From positions 879 through 64,878 of the forward strand of contig JAGVBU010000003.1 of the NCBI GenBank assembly GCA_020059585.1: DNA of 64,000 bases. The letters run 5' to 3'. The number at the start of each line of letters is the position of its first letter. Within the stretch, counting starts at the first letter, position 1. The stretch is from Minisyncoccota bacterium (lineage in GTDB: Bacteria; Patescibacteriota; Minisyncoccia; UBA6257; GWB1-50-10). The notes below the pieces were generated by a model. It was not told the DNA's origin. It saw only the letters and a list, made by a program, of their open reading frames with translations, and did no database searches. The position numbers and the translations under genes were made by a program. Of this stretch, positions 58,535 through 64,000 are shown in pieces.

Positions 58535-59479
58535 ATGATACACGGAGTCATTGTTCCAATTCTTTCTCTAGTCGCGATATTTTTATTCAGCGTCCATAAA
58601 TTCAGCGACCATATGCAGCGGCTTGCGGGAGAAAGATTCAAGTCGATTCTCCGCTCTTTTACGTCGACTCCGGGTCGCGGATTCGGAATCGGAGTGCTTT
58701 TCACATCGCTTATACAATCGAGTACGGCAACTACGGTTATTCTTGTAAGTTTGGTACACGCGGGACTCCTTTCTTTTAGGAGTACGCTCGGAGTCGTGTT
58801 TGGAGCGAATGTGGGCTCAACCATCACCTCCCAGTTGGTCGCGATGAATGTGGGGAATATCGCGCCGTATCTCGTGCTGTTTGGATTTCTCATCACTTTC
58901 TCTAAAAAAAGATTCAGAGAGTTCGGGAAACTTGTGTTTTATTTTGGGCTTATGTTTTTCAGTTTGTTTCTTGTTTCGGTATATCTTGAGCCCATCCGGG
59001 AGAACGGGGAGGTGCTTGATATGCTCTCGCATATGTCGAGTTTTCCTATTGCTGTATTCGCGGGATTTATGCTTACCGCGGTTATCCAGTCGAGCGGCGT
59101 GGTGTCGGGTATGATTATTCTTCTTGTGGGAAACGGATTGATGGGATTCGATCAGGCGTTCGGAATGATTATCGGTGCGAATATCGGGACCACGGTGACG
59201 GCGCTCATTGCGTCGATGTTTATGAATATTGAGGCGAAAAAAGTCGCGTTTGGGCATCTTATGTTCAATCTCATAGGGCTTTTCCTTTTTTTCCCCATTC
59301 AGGGTCTGCTCCTATATGCGGTGAATGGTATAGGGGGGTCCGTGTCCCAACAGGTCGCGAATGCGCATCTTATATTTAACGTGACATGCGGAATATTATT
59401 CCTCATCTTTATAAATCCGTTCGGAAGATTCATAGATTGGATAGGAAACATTTTGTTTTCGCAAAAAGCGCGTGGGTAG
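58535..59479 (+). CDS. Na+/Pi cotransporter family protein
   Basis: Duplicated IQSS and GANVG/GANIG motifs. Confidence 0.92.
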   Translation: MIHGVIVPILSLVAIFLFSVHKFSDHMQRLAGERFKSILRSFTSTPGRGFGIGVLFTSLIQSSTATTVILVSLVHAGLLSFRSTLGVVFGANVGSTITSQLVAMNVGNIAPYLVLFGFLITFSKKRFREFGKLVFYFGLMFFSLFLVSVYLEPIRENGEVLDMLSHMSSFPIAVFAGFMLTAVIQSSGVVSGMIILLVGNGLMGFDQAFGMIIGANIGTTVTALIASMFMNIEAKKVAFGHLMFNLIGLFLFFPIQGLLLYAVNGIGGSVSQQVANAHLIFNVTCGILFLIFINPFGRFIDWIGNILFSQKARG

Positions 59480-59496
59480 AGTTTCTCATGATAAAA

Positions 59497-59526
59497 ATAA
59501 AAAATTCCCGACTATATCGTCGGGAA
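59497..59526 (-). terminator. Intrinsic terminator, near-identical to 23581..23610
   Basis: ATAAAAAATTCCCGAC-N6-GTCGGGAA. Confidence 0.7.
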
Positions 59527-59548
59527 TCTTAATGTAATATAACGCGTG

Positions 59549-60046
59549 TTATCGATTAAGCTTTTCCATCAATTTAAGAAATTCAAGGTCGTTGCCTCCC
59601 ATTCCGATGCTGATGATTCCTATTCCCCCTGAAGTTTCTTCCTCGGGAACCGATACCACCTTCCATCCTTTTCTGATGCCGACGGAATCAGGACAATTTT
59701 CAATGGATGCTCTTACGGACATCCATTTAATGCTTTGATACAGATCGATGAGCTTTTTCTTTTCGTGAAGTTTCTTTTTCAGCGCGCTGCATTTTTCCTT
59801 ATCGTGGGAGAATGGTGTTTCGTGAAGTTTTTCAAGTTCTTTTACTATAATCTCAGCCTCGTCAACTTCCTTTGATGTAAGCACGTCGAGACATTTTGCC
59901 TCATATGGCGCATCGCCGATCTCGACCTCTCCCGTCTTTGTTTCAGGAAGAATTTCCGCTTCTTTTGAGATTTCTTCGTCTGTCACGTTCTGGACAGAAT
60001 CATTTAAATCGAAAAGAATTCCGTTGAAATCTGATTTTTCTGTCAT
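59549..60046 (-). CDS. Hypothetical acidic protein (orphan cassette)
   Basis: 165-aa ORF; VGIRKGWKVV; AAGGAG SD; TTGACA upstream. Confidence 0.72.
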   Translation of the reverse strand: MTEKSDFNGILFDLNDSVQNVTDEEISKEAEILPETKTGEVEIGDAPYEAKCLDVLTSKEVDEAEIIVKELEKLHETPFSHDKEKCSALKKKLHEKKKLIDLYQSIKWMSVRASIENCPDSVGIRKGWKVVSVPEEETSGGIGIISIGMGGNDLEFLKLMEKLNR

Positions 60047-60183
60047 AACCGCTCCTTATTGTTTGTAAAATGAGTTACACATGGTAACTTTTCCGGATTT
60101 ATTTTTGCATTTTTATAGTGTTTTGTCAATAACTGCGCGATGTACACCCATTTCAGTTTCTCCTAAAATAAGAAGACGCCTTC

Positions 60184-61344
60184 ATGAAAATAGAATTCAT
60201 TATATTTTTCGGCATCGCGCTTCTTATTTACGGGAGCGTTCATTTCTATATTTTCATCCGAGGATGGCAGGCGTGTGCGGCGGCGGGAGGGGTGTTTCAG
60301 GTTTTTTATGCGATTGTTTTTTGGGTGCTTGCATTGTCATTCATTGCGGGGCGCGTGCTTGAGAATTATGTTCAGAACGGATATGCCGACGCGGTGGTGT
60401 GGATAGGATCGCTTTGGCTTTCCGTGATGGTATACCTTTTCTTTTTTGTCCTTATGCTCGATCTTGGAAGATTTTTGTTCACCGTGTTCGGGAATACACC
60501 CTCACAATGGACGGATAGCTATGAGTCATTTAAGCTTTTTGTCGGCGCTTTCGGGTTCTTGTTGGCATTATCCGTCACGGCGTTCGGATTTTGGAACGCG
60601 CGCACGCCCGTAGTGAAAGAATTGGAAATAGTTCTTGAAAAAGAAGGGGGAGAAAAAAAGGAATGGACTATTGTAGTAGCAAGCGATATCCATCTTGGCA
60701 CGATAGTGCATAAAAACCGCGCCGAGGCGCTTGTGGCGTCCGTGAACGCGCTCAAGTCGGATCTTGTGTTGTTTGCGGGAGATACGATCGATGAGGATAT
60801 CCGTCCCGTCATCAGAAGGGACATTGGGGAATCGCTTAAAAAAATATCGTCACGGTACGGCATCTATGCGATCACGGGGAATCATGAATATATCGGGGGC
60901 GCGGATGCGGCGGTGGAATATCTCGAAGACCACGGTATTACAATGCTTCGCGACTCATATGCGCTCATAGGAGACGGGTTGTATGTCATAGGAAGAGAAG
61001 ATACGAGCGTAGAACGTTTTGCGGGAACAAAAAGAAAGAGTATAGACGAGCTCTTTCGGGGGGTTGATGTATCAAAACCTATTATTATTTTAGATCACCA
61101 GCCGTTTTCGCTTGACGCGGTTGCGAGGGATGGACGCGCGGATATTCAGTTTTCCGGACATACGCATCACGGACAGTTGTGGCCGTTTAATTTCATAACG
61201 GAAATGATCTATGAATTGAGTTGGGGACACAGGAAGATAGGGAATACGGAATTTTATGTTTCCTCGGGATGGGGGACGTGGGGACCTCCGATTCGCATTG
61301 GAAATACCCCGGAACTTGTGCGGTTGAAATTAAAACTGCGATAA
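60184..61344 (+). CDS. Membrane metallophosphoesterase (YkuE-like)
   Basis: SDIHLG, AGD, GNHE, DHQP, SGHTHHGQ, WGPPIRIG. Confidence 0.93.
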   Translation: MKIEFIIFFGIALLIYGSVHFYIFIRGWQACAAAGGVFQVFYAIVFWVLALSFIAGRVLENYVQNGYADAVVWIGSLWLSVMVYLFFFVLMLDLGRFLFTVFGNTPSQWTDSYESFKLFVGAFGFLLALSVTAFGFWNARTPVVKELEIVLEKEGGEKKEWTIVVASDIHLGTIVHKNRAEALVASVNALKSDLVLFAGDTIDEDIRPVIRRDIGESLKKISSRYGIYAITGNHEYIGGADAAVEYLEDHGITMLRDSYALIGDGLYVIGREDTSVERFAGTKRKSIDELFRGVDVSKPIIILDHQPFSLDAVARDGRADIQFSGHTHHGQLWPFNFITEMIYELSWGHRKIGNTEFYVSSGWGTWGPPIRIGNTPELVRLKLKLR

Positions 61345-61396
61345 TCATCAGATTCTCATTTTGCTTCGTTTTGCGATGCGGGTGTAGAATGAGGGT

Positions 61397-61681
61397 ATGC
61401 TGAAGATCATAGGGAATGACGTGATGCAGGACGGAAATAAGGCGGGATGGATAGAAACATCGCGCATTTTCTCCGTGGATGGAAAAAAAATAGGATATGT
61501 CACCGGATCGAGAATATATGATGCCGACGGAGATAAGGTAGGGTATATTGATGGGGAATATTTTTATCCGCAAAAAGGGGATGATACGCGCATTTCGCTT
61601 GAAAGGATGGGTGAATATGTATTAGGAGGCGATTATCCGGTTGAAGTTCGCTGCGCGGTGTATATTCTCTTTAGGACGTAA
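61397..61681 (+). CDS. Small beta-repeat protein (4-fold beta-flower-like)
   Basis: Repeated DG-K-GW/Y-I units; TAGAAT six nt before ATG. Confidence 0.7.
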   Translation: MLKIIGNDVMQDGNKAGWIETSRIFSVDGKKIGYVTGSRIYDADGDKVGYIDGEYFYPQKGDDTRISLERMGEYVLGGDYPVEVRCAVYILFRT

Positions 61682-61693
61682 AACAGAATCCAT

Positions 61694-62656
61694 ATGCGTT
61701 CCCGACATATCACCATCTTTCTTGCCGTTCTGGGAGTGACAATATCCTTTTCTCTTGGCTTTTTCGCAAAGGAGTGGTTTTTTCTTTCGAGGAATTTTTC
61801 CAGAGAGTTGCACGAAGGCGCGTTCCGATTTATAAACCCGCTTTTAGAGTGCGAGAATTCTGAGAATATCACGGAACTCGCTCCTTTTGAGGAAACATTG
61901 AAAGATGTGCTTAATGAGGCCGAACACAGGGAAGAAATTATATCCGCGTCTGTTTATTTTAGAGATTTGAATAATGGACCGTGGCTTGGCATTGAGGAGG
62001 ATGCGGAATTTTCTCCGGCAAGTCTTTTGAAGGTTCCCATCATGATCGCATATTTCAAAGAAGCGGAGGAGAATCCTGCAATTCTTGAAAAGAAAATCAC
62101 ATTCAGTCCATCGAAAGAAGGGAATGCAACACAGTTCTTTTCTCCGGGAGAGGGGCTTGAACAGGGAAAAGAATATTCCGTAAACGATCTCATTGCGAGG
62201 ATGATCATGTATTCTGATAACAACGCAAAAGATCTCCTTCTCCTGAATGCGGAAGATTTTCTCAAAAAGACATATCAAGATCTTGGCATTACCGTTCCAG
62301 GAACAAGAGGAATCGAGAATTTTATGTCCGTCCGCGAATATGCACGTTTTTTTAGGATACTCTATAACGCGTCATATCTTGATGAATATTTCTCGAATAA
62401 GGCCCTTGAGTTACTTTCCCGCGCAGAATTCCGCGAGGGACTCGTAGGTGGGGTGCCCTCGCAGATAAACGTGGCTCATAAGTTTGGAGAGCGGGTGATT
62501 GGCCAGGTGAAACAGCTTCACGATTGCGGCATCGTATATCATCCAAAGAGGCCCTATCTTCTGTGTGTTATGACGCGGGGGAGCGATTTTTCCTCAATGG
62601 GGAACGCAATAAGAGCGATATCCGAGAAAACATTCTCGATCGTTTCCTCAGATTGA
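61694..62656 (+). CDS. Class A beta-lactamase-related serine hydrolase, membrane-anchored
   Basis: ASLLK, SDN, HKFG, LHDCGIV. Confidence 0.88.
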   Translation: MRSRHITIFLAVLGVTISFSLGFFAKEWFFLSRNFSRELHEGAFRFINPLLECENSENITELAPFEETLKDVLNEAEHREEIISASVYFRDLNNGPWLGIEEDAEFSPASLLKVPIMIAYFKEAEENPAILEKKITFSPSKEGNATQFFSPGEGLEQGKEYSVNDLIARMIMYSDNNAKDLLLLNAEDFLKKTYQDLGITVPGTRGIENFMSVREYARFFRILYNASYLDEYFSNKALELLSRAEFREGLVGGVPSQINVAHKFGERVIGQVKQLHDCGIVYHPKRPYLLCVMTRGSDFSSMGNAIRAISEKTFSIVSSD

Positions 62657-62773
62657 GAGTTTTCCCGTCGCCCCCATTTTATGGTTTCCTTAGGAACGTT
62701 TGTAATTGCAATACGCGATAGGTGCATCCCGTAAGATCTGTTTTTTGTGTTATAATTCAAAATAAATACTACT

Positions 62774-63226
62774 ATGGATATACGTATATTAGCGCGCGTG
62801 ATTACATACGACGCGGAGGAAAAAAAGATATTACTTGTAAAGAATCGCGGAATGGGTTTTTGGTATGCGCCGGGTGGGGGATGGGAATACGAGAAAGAAA
62901 ATATTCTTGAGGCGGCAAAACGGGAAATGAAAGAAGAAACGGGACTCGATGTTTCTGTTATAAAACTCCTTTATATGCAGGAGTTTCACGCGACAGAAGA
63001 TTCAATCTTTTTTGAAACGTTCTGGCTTGCGACACCAGATGGAGACAAGACTCTGAACGAATTGCATATTGATCTTGATCCGAACGGACAGGTGGAGACG
63101 GCACAGTGGTTTTCTCGCGAGGAACTCTCTGAGTTAAAGGTATTTCCCAAAAGACTCAAGAATACTTTTTGGGAAAATATAGAGAGATTTCTGAATGATG
63201 AAGATCCGTTTATCGGGGTGAGCTAG
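62774..63226 (+). CDS. NUDIX hydrolase
   Basis: PGGG...EAAKREMKEETG. Confidence 0.92.
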   Translation: MDIRILARVITYDAEEKKILLVKNRGMGFWYAPGGGWEYEKENILEAAKREMKEETGLDVSVIKLLYMQEFHATEDSIFFETFWLATPDGDKTLNELHIDLDPNGQVETAQWFSREELSELKVFPKRLKNTFWENIERFLNDEDPFIGVS

Positions 63227-63962
63227 AATCCCGTTTTTTCGCACAACAAAAATAGTTCATTGCGCACATATTGAGCGGCCATTTTTTTGTTATTCCCAAA
63301 AATGGATAGCGGTCGATAAAGGTATAAAATCGTCTGAGAAAGGGGAGCCAGCTTCGTATCAGGTCTCCGCCTCTCCTTTCTACGACGGAAAATCCGTGTA
63401 TATTAAGCAGTCCATTGAGCCAGAAGGAGGTTGTAAAGTTTTCTATTCCGCATTCATGGTTTCCCCACGCATCCCATGTTTTTCCTTTATGAGAAGAGTC
63501 GTAGATTTTTTTAATGAGTCCCGCGGGATTAAAATAATTCGGTACGCTGAATATAGCATATCCTCCGGGTTTTAAGACCCTCGAACACTCACGTATGACC
63601 GATTCGGGCCTAAGACAGTGTTCGAGTACCTCCGTGCAAATGACGATATTGAACATTTCTGGCGGATACGGCATGTTTTCTGCATTTGCGCAGATTATTT
63701 TCAGAGGTATTTTTTTATTTTCCGAAGAGTTTTTCACATTTTCTACGACCTCGGGAGAGATATCAAACGCTTCGATTTCAGAGACAAACGCCGCTATCGT
63801 TTCGAGATTGTTTCCAATTCCTGTTCCCACATCAAGACAACGTGCGTTTTGGCTCCGTCCTATTTTTTTTAAGAAGTCCATTACCACTATCTGTTGCCAC
63901 GGAACCGAAGTGTGGGCATGAATATTAATTTTTTGCGTGTAATAGTTTACCTTTTTTTCCAT
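63210..63962 (-). CDS. Class I SAM-dependent methyltransferase
   Basis: LDVGTGIG; EVLEH; RVLKPGG; SVPN. Confidence 0.9.
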   Translation of the reverse strand: MEKKVNYYTQKINIHAHTSVPWQQIVVMDFLKKIGRSQNARCLDVGTGIGNNLETIAAFVSEIEAFDISPEVVENVKNSSENKKIPLKIICANAENMPYPPEMFNIVICTEVLEHCLRPESVIRECSRVLKPGGYAIFSVPNYFNPAGLIKKIYDSSHKGKTWDAWGNHECGIENFTTSFWLNGLLNIHGFSVVERRGGDLIRSWLPFLRRFYTFIDRYPFLGITKKWPLNMCAMNYFCCAKKRDSSSPR

Positions 63963-64000
63963 AGGGTTATTTTTCTGTTCTGTAGAGGATGGGTTGTTTT

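Noticed and set aside
61694-62656. Beta-lactam resistance gene call (also 24988..26061)
   Set aside because: SxxK-family motifs only; HKFG instead of KTG and a membrane anchor point to PBP-like hydrolases; resistance is not supported

Overview
A 64-kb chromosomal segment, most likely from a Patescibacteria (CPR, Parcubacteria-like) bacterium. This taxonomy is an inference from the divergent intron-bearing 23S, paralogous Cys-rich proteins, DUF5671/DUF763 genes and a fused UvrD-nuclease. It holds about 65 mostly plus-strand CDS: Dus, RecQ, UvrD-PD-(D/E)XK, ObgE, DEAD-box helicase, LexA-like repressor, SOD, P-type ATPase, Tgt, class II RNR, many methyltransferases and hydrolases, and orphans. 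RNA genes are a tRNA-Gln(CTG) and a 23S-5S unit with no adjacent 16S; the 23S carries a group I intron at the L2593-equivalent site and a repeat-filled domain I insertion. No CRISPR array, transposase, integrase or reverse transcriptase was seen. The most notable unexplained structures are: (1) a 70-nt non-canonical tRNA-shaped RNA with its own promoter and terminator; (2) two classes of expression signals, with leaderless (-10 box, 6-7 nt, ATG) resident genes versus stand-alone TTGACA/SD-led orphan cassettes, some encoding diderm-like proteins; (3) an in-frame 147-bp palindromic element inside tgt; (4) a tRNA-Gln locus surrounded by interrupted tRNA fragments and 30-bp palindromes; (5) NAGTA(T/G)N heptamer arrays tied to the Cys-rich paralogs.
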